Virus record (IMG/VR): IMGVR_UViG_3300046779_000442
Coordinates: 1 to 26,276 of that record
Direction: 5' to 3' (one strand)
From: a virus
Taxonomy: Duplodnaviria > Caudoviricetes
DNA length: 26,276 nt
The notes under the pieces were generated by a model, which saw only the letters and a list, made by a program, of their open reading frames with translations, was not told where the DNA came from and did no database searches. Below, one piece after another: positions 1-9,751 of the stretch (position 1 is its first letter; every line of letters starts with the position of its first letter). Made by a program: the position numbers and the translations under genes.

Positions 1-581
1 GTTTTGAGGAAACGACCGCCCCATAGGGATTTTTGAACCTGTTCTGGTTCGTTTTCCTGTACGATCTCGCCTAGATCGCCAGACTTGCGGAAAGCGGTGT
101 CTGCCTCAACAGCGTCTACCCTCTTTCCAAACTCGTTAAACTCACTCTTAGCACTTGCGACTTCGCTCTTTACTGCTGCGATTTCGCTATTGGCTGTGTC
201 AAGAGATTTGCTTAGCGCAGAAACCTGCTCGTTTAGAGACTTAATGGTTACTGCTAGATCGCTAAAGGCTGATGTTAGAGAGTTCTTGATATCTGCCACT
301 GCGCTAACAATAGCTTCATCTGACTTAGATACCTCTTCAGCAACAGCTTCCGACTTTGTCATTTCTTCCTCGTCGTCTTCGGTGCCAGACATATCGTCCG
401 ACTCCTCTGGGACTGTGGTTCCAGGAACATCATCTTCGTCTGCGTCTGCTGACTTTTCTACATCTGCAGCCACTGCCTCTTCAGCTACTGCTTCTGCTGT
501 GGCATCTGCCTCTGGAGCGACCTGTGTTTCTTCAACTGCAGCAGTCTCTTCAACTGCTACTTCGTTTGTTGTTTCATCCAT
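1..581 (-). CDS. Probable nested in-frame scaffolding protein (internal start MDETTNEVAVEE...), partial
   Basis: AAGGAGGT (589-596, minus) lies 7 nt before ATG 581, which is in frame with ATG 1331 (750 nt apart) and at the start of the acidic low-complexity region. Confidence 0.65.
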   Translation of the reverse strand, partial: MDETTNEVAVEETAAVEETQVAPEADATAEAVAEEAVAADVEKSADADEDDVPGTTVPEESDDMSGTEDDEEEMTKSEAVAEEVSKSDEAIVSAVADIKNSLTSAFSDLAVTIKSLNEQVSALSKSLDTANSEIAAVKSEVASAKSEFNEFGKRVDAVEADTAFRKSGDLGEIVQENEPEQVQKSLWGGRFLK

Positions 582-1331
582 AGGACTTACCTCCTTTGTC
601 ATCTTAGAAGTATTAATGCCTTTAGCACTATCAACTAAGAACTTTATCATTTCTGTTTTCTCGTTGTCATTCTTTTCAACGAAACCTATGTTTTCCATTT
701 GGGCACCAGTAGTTGGGCTAACCTCTGAATCATTCTGAGAAAGCAGAACGAGTCCAGATGTAGAATCCCAGAAAACATTTTCTAGTACTGTGTCAGACTT
801 CTCAATGTCAGCAGCATCCATCTTTTCAATTGATACAAAGTTGGCTAGCTGGTTTGCAGGAGAGTCTACAAGCGAAAGTTCAAACAGGTCGTATTCTTTG
901 ATGATACGAACAGTCTTGTCAAGCTCTGCATTGTAAGCATTGTCGAACTTGTTCATCTTACCACCAATAGAGAATCCTGAAAGGGTTCCGTCAAGTACCT
1001 TCTCCCAGGTATCCTGAGCACCCTTTGAAACATATGCAGAAACATAAATACCTGAATAGAACTTCTTTGTATCTGGATCAAAGTACTTGTCTTCTTTAAA
1101 GTTTACCATCTTACCTACAGAAATAGGCTGGTGCATTTCACGAATGTTACCACGGAATTTTTGGAAAGCCTTTAGAGAGGCTTCTGGTAGAACAATGTCA
1201 TTCTGACGATCTAGGTTGTCGAGTGTAGCAAAGCCAGAAACGATTCTGCGCTCTTTGTCTACCTTACTAAACGGCATCGAAAGACGTAGGTCTTCTCCGT
1301 TAGTGTCGAAATGTGCCTTTGATATAGTCAT
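1..1331 (-). CDS. Prohead (capsid maturation) serine protease, HK97/XkdF-like, fused to an acidic/coiled-coil scaffold region; 3' end lies outside the window
   Basis: Absent from the ORF track because it has no stop in the window. Translated by hand from ATG 1331: MTISKAHFDTNGEDLRLSMPFSKVDKERRIVSGFATLDNLDRQNDIV...IREMHQP...WEKVLDGTLSGFSIGG...ELSLVDSPANQLA..., with the His, GFSIGG Ser and ELSLVDxPAN motifs of phage prohead proteases. An E/A/D-rich segment and a heptad-like segment follow. Lies directly downstream of the portal. Confidence 0.9.
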   Translation of the reverse strand, partial: MTISKAHFDTNGEDLRLSMPFSKVDKERRIVSGFATLDNLDRQNDIVLPEASLKAFQKFRGNIREMHQPISVGKMVNFKEDKYFDPDTKKFYSGIYVSAYVSKGAQDTWEKVLDGTLSGFSIGGKMNKFDNAYNAELDKTVRIIKEYDLFELSLVDSPANQLANFVSIEKMDAADIEKSDTVLENVFWDSTSGLVLLSQNDSEVSPTTGAQMENIGFVEKNDNEKTEMIKFLVDSAKGINTSKMTKEVSPMDETTNEVAVEETAAVEETQVAPEADATAEAVAEEAVAADVEKSADADEDDVPGTTVPEESDDMSGTEDDEEEMTKSEAVAEEVSKSDEAIVSAVADIKNSLTSAFSDLAVTIKSLNEQVSALSKSLDTANSEIAAVKSEVASAKSEFNEFGKRVDAVEADTAFRKSGDLGEIVQENEPEQVQKSLWGGRFLK

Positions 1332-1340
1332 ACTACCTTA

Positions 1341-1380
1341 ATTATATACCCTTTTTATAGATTCGTTATATATTATATCA
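1341..1380 (-). promoter_or_regulatory. Two -10 boxes upstream of the protease gene
   Basis: TGATATAAT at 1380-1372 and TATAAT at 1346-1341 (9 nt before ATG 1331) in an AT-rich spacer. Confidence 0.6.
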
Positions 1381-1381
1381 C

Positions 1382-2983
1382 TTATTGTGAACTTCTGCCT
1401 TCACCTTGAGGGTTTCTACCAGAAATTGTTGCAGAATTATCTGAAGAATTATTAGTTCTCTCGACATCTCTCTGTCTATTTCCTGTTAGATCTGCTCTTG
1501 CGTCTGCAGATTGTCTTGAAGACATCTCAAATGGTGAGTCTCCGTCTGGTCTGTGAGGAAGACCCAACTTTTCTCTTGCTTCATTTGGAACCATAATCTG
1601 AGTCTTTACGTAACGCTCAAGGATTTGAGACTGTACGTTTTCATCTGTTAGAGTTAGTTCATTGAACTTAAGCTCCATAATGTCTGTCTTTTCACGAATA
1701 ATCTTATTGAGAATCTTCTCAAGATACTTCTGTGCTGGTCTTGCTACCTGCTCCTTGAATGTGCGGTCTTGAGCAATAGCTGCTGCAATTGCTGCTGAAT
1801 CACCACCACCAATCTTAGAAAGAGGAACTTGGTGAGCTACAAGGATGTCATCACGATTACGTAGTCTATACTCGTTAAACGATGCCTCTTGGATACCGTT
1901 TTCGATAGGCTTCATATCAAACTCAACCTTGTTATTGTCTGAGTCGCCAGGCAATGGAACATAAAGAGTTCTGTGGTTCTGCCCCTTTAGACCAGTTTGC
2001 AAGAACGCAAACAGCTTGTCTTCAGCGTCTGGAGACAGCTTGGCACCCTTAAGGGTTACAATGTATCGTGGAGTAGCCTTATTTGCAAAGTAGTCGATAT
2101 TGTACTGTGATGCTAGCTGGTCTCCGTGAAGAGCACCAACAGCAGACATAATGTCTGGAATACCGTAATAAGTGTTTAGTGGAGAGTATTCTGTAAAGTG
2201 AATAATCTCATTTGGACGAGGATCGCTGGTAATTGGATTTGGGTTCTTTGCACCAAAGTTGCGGAAGTAAACAACCTTTTGACCAATGATCTGAACATAG
2301 CCATCACGCAATCTACGCACACGCATAGTTGTGGATGGGATGTGACCTACATATCCAATGTCGCCATTGACGGTTCTACCAATTTCAAGGTATCCGTTTC
2401 CTGTTGCTTCCCAGTCTGTGCAGACCTTCATCATTGTAGTTGTAAAAGAATCATCATCGTTTAGGTTTTCTAGCCACTCACGTAGCTCCATCTTGATTCG
2501 TTCAATTCTCTTTCTAGCCTTTTCACGAGCAGATTCATTTTCGTTAGACTCGATCATCATCTGAGCACGGCTAGTAATGTGGAAGTCATATCCTAGACCA
2601 ACAATGTTCTGAACCTTAGCATCAATAGCTGCGTGGTTAGCAAAAGATGTGTCATAGAAGTTAGCCAACTCATATAGGTTCCATGGTGGAGTGATAACGT
2701 CAAACATGCTGTATCCATTGCTGTATACAGTTCCTGGGTTAATTTCCTTTGACTTTGCTCCATCAATACCCGATCTGACAGCAAGGGCACTGTCTTGATA
2801 TGCAGGTGCAGAAGTGTCTGCGACAGCCTTTGAAATTCTGTCTGACCTACGTCTAAAGTTTTTGTCTAGACCGTTCAACCCCTTAAGATTATCCCAAGAC
2901 TTAATAAATGGGTCCTGGTTCTTAAACTGATTTACTTCTGTCTGCGATTCATCGATCGAGGCATTGATATAAAATTCTTGCAT
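1382..2983 (-). CDS. Phage portal protein (PBSX/HK97-like family)
   Basis: 533 aa with portal motifs DWEATGNGYLEI, NEIIHF...YYGIPDI, YFANKATP and RDDILVAHQVP...KIG, plus PNEAREKLGL; adjacent to the prohead protease. Confidence 0.92.
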   Translation of the reverse strand: MQEFYINASIDESQTEVNQFKNQDPFIKSWDNLKGLNGLDKNFRRRSDRISKAVADTSAPAYQDSALAVRSGIDGAKSKEINPGTVYSNGYSMFDVITPPWNLYELANFYDTSFANHAAIDAKVQNIVGLGYDFHITSRAQMMIESNENESAREKARKRIERIKMELREWLENLNDDDSFTTTMMKVCTDWEATGNGYLEIGRTVNGDIGYVGHIPSTTMRVRRLRDGYVQIIGQKVVYFRNFGAKNPNPITSDPRPNEIIHFTEYSPLNTYYGIPDIMSAVGALHGDQLASQYNIDYFANKATPRYIVTLKGAKLSPDAEDKLFAFLQTGLKGQNHRTLYVPLPGDSDNNKVEFDMKPIENGIQEASFNEYRLRNRDDILVAHQVPLSKIGGGDSAAIAAAIAQDRTFKEQVARPAQKYLEKILNKIIREKTDIMELKFNELTLTDENVQSQILERYVKTQIMVPNEAREKLGLPHRPDGDSPFEMSSRQSADARADLTGNRQRDVERTNNSSDNSATISGRNPQGEGRSSQ

Positions 2984-3351
2984 TATCCTTCATCTCCGTA
3001 CAGTTCTAGAGTTTTCTTTGCATCCATGACTGCACCAAGGTCATTGAGGTTTGGGATAAGCCCCTGTTGCATTCTTTCTACTTGTTCGCTGTATTCTTCG
3101 TCAGAGATTCTTGCCATGCCAGGGAAAAACTCTGCATGTCCGTCACCCTGCCCAAGATATTCAGCTTCTCTTTTCAGCTTGGCGAGCTGTAGACCATCAC
3201 CCCTATGAGACGGTATGTTCAAAACTCCACCCTGTCCATCGGTGAATGGCTTGCCGTTTGCCTTGATCCAAACATAGATACCCCAATCGTAGTGTTTATC
3301 GATTACAGTTAGTTTGGATTCACCAATTTGACCAGGAAATTTTTCATTCAT
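2983..3351 (-). CDS. Hypothetical phage protein (~122 aa)
   Basis: The ORF track starts at 3357. ATG 3351 is preferred because it lies 7 nt after TGGTATACT (3367-3359). The stop overlaps the portal start (TAATG at 2983). Confidence 0.75.
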   Translation of the reverse strand: MNEKFPGQIGESKLTVIDKHYDWGIYVWIKANGKPFTDGQGGVLNIPSHRGDGLQLAKLKREAEYLGQGDGHAEFFPGMARISDEEYSEQVERMQQGLIPNLNDLGAVMDAKKTLELYGDEG

Positions 3352-3369
3352 AACCATAAGTATACCATA

Positions 3370-6300
3370 TTATGCAGGTTTTATCTGTTGCGACTGCCAT
3401 GATACTGCATCATATGATCGGTACTTGTAGTTTTTAAGCCTAAAGGTTACATTATCTCCAGAAATAAACTTGTTAGTTCCAGTAAATGCCTTGAATAGAT
3501 CTTGTGGGTCAACACCGTAGTATGTTATATCAGATAGCACTAGGACTCTGTTCCAATTGTATGTTGGAACATTCCAGAAGAACCAATCAAGAGCTACGAT
3601 TCCAGACTGCTTAACCTTAAGCCATGGTCTCTTGGCAACGCTAGAAACTTCCTGTAGGTTTGTAGACTGGTAGAATGAAAGATTGTTGAATAGCAATGGA
3701 CCTACTAGCCTAATACCGCCAACATAGTTCGAAAACTCTAGTGTATTACCAAAGCTAATTCCTAGCATCATCCACTCTTTAACTGTGATGATTGGATCTT
3801 TAACTATCTTTCCATTGACGTAGAATCCAATACCGTTTTCAAAACTTCCAGTCTTAGAATTGATTGCGTAAATCTTTGCCCTCTGACCATTCTTATCTAT
3901 TGGAGTAAGATAGAACCTAATGTTGTTACTTTCCTTGTCCTGTATTTCAAAGATTTGTGTATCTCCATAGGCAAAAAAGTCTTGGTCATACCTCATTGCC
4001 ACCTGCATAGCAATTACCTTGTAATTGTTTGACTTAAATTCATTAATTGGAACATAGAGTCCACGAAGATCTTTTTGAGAAATCTCTCCCCTGACCTCTA
4101 CTCCAGAATATCTATTAAGGTATAGATATGGAGTTGAGCCTTTGTATATGCTGTATGGGTTACTGTTTTTGTAATCATAATATACCCCAGACTTTTTGAA
4201 TGGGTACATTGGAGTTCCAAACCTAGAACCAACTTTTGCAGGGCTTGTCTGACTCATGGCTTGTGCTGCATACTCAAGCTTTTTAATCACAACTGGGCTT
4301 GTGATTATTCCATCTATGTCTACTTCGATATGAGTAACTATTGCAATATCAGCAACGTTAACATTTTTAGGCAGATAGACAATTGCATTATTTACGATCT
4401 CGTACTTCGTTGTCATCCAGTCAGAGCCTGGGAAGATAACGTTTGTTTTTGGTGCTAGCTCTGTATTTGTAAAGAAAGAGAGTGGCTGTGAGACTCCAGC
4501 ATCTAGATACTGGAATGTAATGAATGTCCTTACATAAGATGTTGATGTGTCATAGTTGTAAGTCTTTACAGACTTTTGCATAAGATCTGTGTAGTCGTCA
4601 TAGCCTGTGTATAGATGATTTGAGAGTAGGTCGTAGCTCTTTCCATCGTAGGCTGACTGCAGCTCAGCATATGTCCAAGAGGATGTCGTCTCTTGCTCCA
4701 CAAACTTTGATGGTGCAGGGTAATCTATGTTAACCTGAACAAAGTCTACGTCATAGTATGGCTTGCCCTTGTCGTCATTTACATACTTGGCAAAATATCT
4801 CATTGGGATGTAGTCTTCCCAATAACCATCTACAGCAATATCTAGATATGTAGACTCAAGGTAGTCTTTAAGAATTAGTCCATAACTTGGCGTGTGATCT
4901 ATTGTGTAAGATGTAATAAAGTCATTTGGAGACCCACCGTCTAGCACATAATCCCATAGAGCCGTATTGTAAAGACCTGCATCAATAAATCCTGCTGAAG
5001 AGTACAGGTCAAAAACATTCTCGTAGTCTAGTGGAAAGCCTCTTTCGCCAAACAAAGACTCTATCTTCTTGAAGTTTCTTTGATTGCAAAAACCTATTGT
5101 ATAAATATTTCCAGCAAATGTTTTTCCAAAAGTCTTATCTCCACCAACATATAGAGAAATTTGAGACTTGTTTCCAAAGAATGATAGCAAGTTGCCACCA
5201 TAGTACTCTGTCATTTTTGCTATGTTAAAACCAACTGTAAACTGATCTCCAACAATAGTTCCATCTGAGCTATCAGTACCCCAGGCTTCATAGACCACTG
5301 TTTCTGTTGCTCCGTACTTTAGCTTATACTCAATGTTGTTGCTATTTATAGATATTGTAAAAGTATTTAGCGTTACCTGGTCTTCAAACAGCATTAGAAC
5401 TTGTTCTGAGGTTGGCAAAGCATTCTTTGTTTTAAAGATTCCATACACTGCAGTTGTGTCGTCAGTGAGCAAATTAATGTTATTGAATAGCAAGTACCCT
5501 GGCTGTATGGTGTTGCCAGGTTTAAAGGTTATAAACGAATCATCTTCATTTTGTGCCTGCTTGAGTTCTGAATACCACTCTTTATCAGTCTTATTACCTT
5601 GGAAGATAATTTCTGGAAGAGAGTACTCTGGAGCTGAAATTGCACGATTATTTGTTGACAGGTTGCTAACAATCGCATCGCTAAAGCTTGACATAGATGG
5701 GTAGTTTTGGTTTTTTGAGTATTGAGAGAATCCATAGTCAACAACAACCGATGTTCCAGCATATGCCTTTTCGATGTTTTCTGGATACTTTACTCCCTGA
5801 CCATATACCCATCGTCTTTTTGCAACAACAGATGGCACTTCATATGAATAAATTGCAACTGAGTCTATTTCAATTGGAGTGACATCATCATATGCGTAAA
5901 ATCCTAACCACTCCTGATCTTTACCAGCAACAACAGGGTCTGGGAAGCTTATGTTATCTTCTAGAGTTAGAGCAATGACCTGTTCTCCATTTATAAGAAG
6001 GCTGGCTGCAGATGAAGAATATCTTATATCAATCAGCATTGGTCTGCCCCATTCTCCGACATAGTGGCTGCCAACCTGGGTTCCAATAGATAGCTTCAAG
6101 AATGGACCATCTACATACAATCCGTCAGTTGAAGTTACTGGACCAAATATTCTTTTTGGAACTACCGCATCTGAGATTACTCTTAGCCAAAACTCTGCAG
6201 TAAACTGTTTGTATTTTCCAGAATTATTTAGGAACCCCAGGCTTGGGACAATCAGTGATGGATTGTCGTTATTAGGATAAATAATTGTTACGCTAGATGC

Positions 6301-7059
6301 ACCATATGCCATTGGAATGCCAGAGTTTTTAGCCATTAACGTATTTGTTCCAGACAGGTAATATCCATCTTTATCTTGCTCTCCATAAGCAGCAGCAAGT
6401 ACGCCATAGTTGTATGGACTGCTAATCGGAATAGTTTCTGGTAGAAGTTCTGGGGACTGCCCTAAAGATGTTGCGTTAAACTCTTCAGATCTTTGTCCAA
6501 AGGTTATTCCGTTAACCATAAACTCATTTGCAGAGTCTCCTCCAGAATATGAAAACTCTAGCAAAAGATTAAAGTCTACATCTTCATCTGGTATTTTAAA
6601 TGTTTCAGATAGCAAAGCCCATTTGTTTGCTTCTGGGATATCAAAAAATTCTTTTACTTCTATAACCTGATCAGACGTTGGGTCAACGTATGTGTATCCC
6701 AAATAAAAGCCCAGGGCATACTCTGTCTTTGATTGCACATATGAGCTGATAGAGAATGTGCCAATTTCTGAATTTAGCGATTGCTTTGATATAGCTGGTC
6801 CAACCATCTTGGTCAAGCCAGTTTGACCCTGTGGGATAACATCTGAGCTTACAAGATTTACTATTGATGGAAGTGGCTTCTTAGATGGGGTTACTTCAGT
6901 TGCTGTACCGTCAGTTATTTCCCAGATATTAGAGTCAGATAGGTCTCTGTCATTTTCTGATATTAGAGAAATGTAGTCTGCTGATTCATCGAGCGACCAC
7001 ATTGCGATGGGGTGCTCTGCAAATATTTTTTCTGCATAGAGGTTGGAAGGACTAGACAT
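3370..7059 (-). CDS. Large virion structural protein (1229 aa; beta-rich, possible LamG/concanavalin-like modules; baseplate/minor-tail type)
   Basis: Long uninterrupted ORF. The N-terminus (YAEKIFAEHPIAMWSLDE) and the segment FTAEFWLR...LLINGEQV...IDSVAIY resemble LamG-like folds. Structural-gene context; function is inferred. Confidence 0.6.
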   Translation of the reverse strand: MSSPSNLYAEKIFAEHPIAMWSLDESADYISLISENDRDLSDSNIWEITDGTATEVTPSKKPLPSIVNLVSSDVIPQGQTGLTKMVGPAISKQSLNSEIGTFSISSYVQSKTEYALGFYLGYTYVDPTSDQVIEVKEFFDIPEANKWALLSETFKIPDEDVDFNLLLEFSYSGGDSANEFMVNGITFGQRSEEFNATSLGQSPELLPETIPISSPYNYGVLAAAYGEQDKDGYYLSGTNTLMAKNSGIPMAYGASSVTIIYPNNDNPSLIVPSLGFLNNSGKYKQFTAEFWLRVISDAVVPKRIFGPVTSTDGLYVDGPFLKLSIGTQVGSHYVGEWGRPMLIDIRYSSSAASLLINGEQVIALTLEDNISFPDPVVAGKDQEWLGFYAYDDVTPIEIDSVAIYSYEVPSVVAKRRWVYGQGVKYPENIEKAYAGTSVVVDYGFSQYSKNQNYPSMSSFSDAIVSNLSTNNRAISAPEYSLPEIIFQGNKTDKEWYSELKQAQNEDDSFITFKPGNTIQPGYLLFNNINLLTDDTTAVYGIFKTKNALPTSEQVLMLFEDQVTLNTFTISINSNNIEYKLKYGATETVVYEAWGTDSSDGTIVGDQFTVGFNIAKMTEYYGGNLLSFFGNKSQISLYVGGDKTFGKTFAGNIYTIGFCNQRNFKKIESLFGERGFPLDYENVFDLYSSAGFIDAGLYNTALWDYVLDGGSPNDFITSYTIDHTPSYGLILKDYLESTYLDIAVDGYWEDYIPMRYFAKYVNDDKGKPYYDVDFVQVNIDYPAPSKFVEQETTSSWTYAELQSAYDGKSYDLLSNHLYTGYDDYTDLMQKSVKTYNYDTSTSYVRTFITFQYLDAGVSQPLSFFTNTELAPKTNVIFPGSDWMTTKYEIVNNAIVYLPKNVNVADIAIVTHIEVDIDGIITSPVVIKKLEYAAQAMSQTSPAKVGSRFGTPMYPFKKSGVYYDYKNSNPYSIYKGSTPYLYLNRYSGVEVRGEISQKDLRGLYVPINEFKSNNYKVIAMQVAMRYDQDFFAYGDTQIFEIQDKESNNIRFYLTPIDKNGQRAKIYAINSKTGSFENGIGFYVNGKIVKDPIITVKEWMMLGISFGNTLEFSNYVGGIRLVGPLLFNNLSFYQSTNLQEVSSVAKRPWLKVKQSGIVALDWFFWNVPTYNWNRVLVLSDITYYGVDPQDLFKAFTGTNKFISGDNVTFRLKNYKYRSYDAVSWQSQQIKPA

Positions 7060-7098
7060 ATTTCACCATGTATAGTTTACCATATATAGCTAAATTAT

Positions 7099-7689
7099 TT
7101 AGTCAATGAGGAACCAGAATCCTGGGGACATATACTTTGTACCACTAATAATTTTAGTAGACTCGTGGACAAATGGCGGTACTGATGGAAATATGACTAT
7201 GCTTCCTGCTTTTGGCTTAATCCTAATACCCTGGTTTGGAAAGTTAAGCTCTCCGCCCTCATAACTATCGTTTAAATATAGTACAGAAGATATGTGCTCT
7301 GTGGTTGGCTCTGGTGGAGAATCTGTATGCGGTCCCATAAAAGCATCTACAAAATACTTGCTAATGCTTATTGGTGCTTGCCTTCCCATCTCAATTCCCA
7401 GTTTTGCGCAGTAGTCTTTTGCCGTCAGGTCTAGTGCATCTTTTAAAAGATTGTATACGGTTCTAGTGATACTATCAGACTGGTCATAGCTTTCTTGGTT
7501 TGTCATTTTCCTTGCTCCAAACAGAAACTCAGAATTATCGCTTGCATACCATGGGTGCCAAGATGATATCAAAGAGCTACCTGAAAGCTTGTGATCCATT
7601 TCTTCTATAGCCTGTACGACACTCTCTGGGCTATATAAAATATTCTCATAGTAGAAGATTTTGTCTGCAAAAACTTTAGGCTCTAGCAT
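7099..7689 (-). CDS. 2OG-Fe(II) oxygenase, prolyl-4-hydroxylase-like (Lys type)
   Basis: HTD...VLYLNDSYEGGELNF...KPKAGSIVIFPS...VH...SGTKY. Confidence 0.9.
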   Translation of the reverse strand: MLEPKVFADKIFYYENILYSPESVVQAIEEMDHKLSGSSLISSWHPWYASDNSEFLFGARKMTNQESYDQSDSITRTVYNLLKDALDLTAKDYCAKLGIEMGRQAPISISKYFVDAFMGPHTDSPPEPTTEHISSVLYLNDSYEGGELNFPNQGIRIKPKAGSIVIFPSVPPFVHESTKIISGTKYMSPGFWFLID

Positions 7690-8344
7690 CTGATTCTAGG
7701 TTCCACTGTTCTTTTTGAGCATCTTGCTTTGGCTGCTCTGCCATCTTAAGTCTTGCTAACTCTTCCAGGAAACCTTCTGGATACTCAATGTCAGCGTAGT
7801 CCCATGACAATAGCATTGTGTAACGCTCTCCAGATGTTACTTCTGTAACAGCATGAACGTTATCAATTCCAACGTCAAAAACAATAACGGTTCCAGCCTT
7901 TGGTGCAATAGAGATTCCGTGATCTCTAAAGGTTAGGTTTCCACCCTCATAATTATCATTTAAATAGATAATAGTGACTAGCTTGTTGTCCTGCCACGCA
8001 TTTGGTGTTCCATCTAGCTCAGCATTGTCTGCGTGATCTCCTGCGTAAGCACCTGGAAGCCACTTGTGTGCACTAACTGTAAGATTACGAACAGGTCTTC
8101 CCATTACCTCAGATGCTAAATTGCCTAGTGATTCTCGAAGCTTGTGGAAAAAGTGTGGGTCAAATAGCTCTACATTTAGTTGGTTCTTTGGTCCGAATGG
8201 ATCCATTACCCTGGCATTATAAAAACATGTTTGCTGCCACAGCGAGTCTCCAGCATCGTAATATGCTACTAGCTTCTGGCATTCTTCTTCAGAAAGATAG
8301 CCTGAAAACTCTACAATATCGTGTTTGTGAATAATCTTTTCCAT
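7676..8344 (-). CDS. 2OG-Fe(II) oxygenase, prolyl-4-hydroxylase-like (Arg type)
   Basis: HAD...IIYLNDNYEGGNLTF...PKAGTVIVF...VHAVTEVTSGERY. Confidence 0.9.
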   Translation of the reverse strand: MEKIIHKHDIVEFSGYLSEEECQKLVAYYDAGDSLWQQTCFYNARVMDPFGPKNQLNVELFDPHFFHKLRESLGNLASEVMGRPVRNLTVSAHKWLPGAYAGDHADNAELDGTPNAWQDNKLVTIIYLNDNYEGGNLTFRDHGISIAPKAGTVIVFDVGIDNVHAVTEVTSGERYTMLLSWDYADIEYPEGFLEELARLKMAEQPKQDAQKEQWNLESDARA

Positions 8345-8349
8345 AATAA

Positions 8350-9078
8350 TCAGGCAAACTTGTTGCCCTTAGCCCACTCCTCTTTTTGTCTAGCTTGTTC
8401 TTCTCTAACCTTGCGAGTTTCCTCTTCCCACCAAGTCTTCTTTTCATCAGAGTATTCTGCATCAGCGAAGTCCCAGAATGATACCATGGTATATCTAGTT
8501 CCAGAAGTTATTTCTTTAACTCCATGAATATTCTCTACACCACCTGGGAAAACATAATAAGAATAAGCATTTGGCTTAAACTCAATGTCGTGATCTGGGA
8601 AGTATAGCTGACCACCATCATAGTCTTCGTTCAAGTATAAAATACCTACATACTTGTTAATTTCGAAGGCATTTGGCTCTCCATGGTTATCTGAATTATC
8701 TGAGTGCGGATTTGCAAAGCCACCTACATTCCACTTTTGAGCATGTGAAGTATTAGGCTTGACTGGTCTATCAAAAATTTCACCTACGTGTTCTTGAAAA
8801 GACTTCTTTAGTTCTTCAAAAAATAGACCTGGCAATCCGTAATCAGCTAGCAGCGGATCGTTTGGCAATAGTCCCATTCCTTCTGAGCCATAAAACGCAA
8901 TGTCTCCCCAGTTAGCTGCCTTAGCCTCAAAGTAGTTGATCATGTTTTTGGCTGCTTCTGGATCAATGAAGTTTGGAACCTCTACAATACGATTGTCTTT
9001 AATTCCAAGAACACTATTTTCAATTGGAGTGTCTTTGTAGTAAATAAATGATGACTTGTCTACAGTCTTAGTAAACAT
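8350..9078 (-). CDS. 2OG-Fe(II) oxygenase, prolyl-4-hydroxylase-like (Arg type)
   Basis: HSD...ILYLNEDYDGGQLYF...IHGVKEITSGTRY. Confidence 0.9.
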   Translation of the reverse strand: MFTKTVDKSSFIYYKDTPIENSVLGIKDNRIVEVPNFIDPEAAKNMINYFEAKAANWGDIAFYGSEGMGLLPNDPLLADYGLPGLFFEELKKSFQEHVGEIFDRPVKPNTSHAQKWNVGGFANPHSDNSDNHGEPNAFEINKYVGILYLNEDYDGGQLYFPDHDIEFKPNAYSYYVFPGGVENIHGVKEITSGTRYTMVSFWDFADAEYSDEKKTWWEEETRKVREEQARQKEEWAKGNKFA

Positions 9079-9082
9079 GAGC

Positions 9083-9736
9083 TTAACCTACCTTATTGTG
9101 TTTAGTGATTGTCCAGAAGAATGGACAGGTGTATCTAATTCCAGAGTCTAGTACTGTTACACCATGAACGTAATTCATGTCCCCTGGAAAAAAGTACACA
9201 GCACCCTTCTTTGGCTTAAATTGTATTCCTTGATTTGGAAAGTATAGTTCGCCACCTTCGTAATCATCGTTCAAGTAAATAATTGTTGCTAGGTCGTACC
9301 ACGGAAAACTATTTGGTTTTCCTGCATCGTCACCCAAGTGCAACTCTTTATCAGCATGTGGCATCTGCAATTGACCTGGAAGCCATCTTACAAGTGCTGG
9401 GGAGGTTGGGTCAGCCTCTACATTAAAGAATGTTTCAATTTCTGGCTTTAGTCGAATAACAATCTTTTGTATTAGCTCTACGATTGATGGATCGGCTTTT
9501 AGTAGTGTTGGCGTGGTAGCCACTCTGTCTTTCCAGTATGTTGACTCATAAATTATGGTACCTTCGTCATTATACTGGGTTTCAGTAAAGTCCCACTGAT
9601 CATTACTTCTAATAAACTGGCTTAGAGTTTCTACCTCTTCATCAGTTAAAAAAGGCTCAATGCCACCTATCATCTCTGGTCCTTTACCAAAGAATCCTGA
9701 TGGCGTAATTGAGACTGGGTGTCTGTGTTCTATCAT
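9083..9736 (-). CDS. 2OG-Fe(II) oxygenase, prolyl-4-hydroxylase-like (Arg type)
   Basis: HAD...IIYLNDDYEGGELYF...KPKKGAVYFFPG...VHGVTVLDSGIRY. Confidence 0.9.
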   Translation of the reverse strand: MIEHRHPVSITPSGFFGKGPEMIGGIEPFLTDEEVETLSQFIRSNDQWDFTETQYNDEGTIIYESTYWKDRVATTPTLLKADPSIVELIQKIVIRLKPEIETFFNVEADPTSPALVRWLPGQLQMPHADKELHLGDDAGKPNSFPWYDLATIIYLNDDYEGGELYFPNQGIQFKPKKGAVYFFPGDMNYVHGVTVLDSGIRYTCPFFWTITKHNKVG

Positions 9737-9742
9737 GTATTA

Positions 9743-9751
9743 ATTATACAC
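9743..9751 (-). promoter_or_regulatory. -10 box, leaderless-type start for the four-oxygenase unit 9736-7099
   Basis: GTGTATAAT-taatac-ATG (6-nt spacer). Confidence 0.7.

Noticed and set aside
85-738. 217-aa Ser/Ala-rich plus-strand ORF (and 356-583)
   Set aside because: Antisense shadow of the acidic scaffold region of the minus-strand protease gene; TTG start and no RBS.
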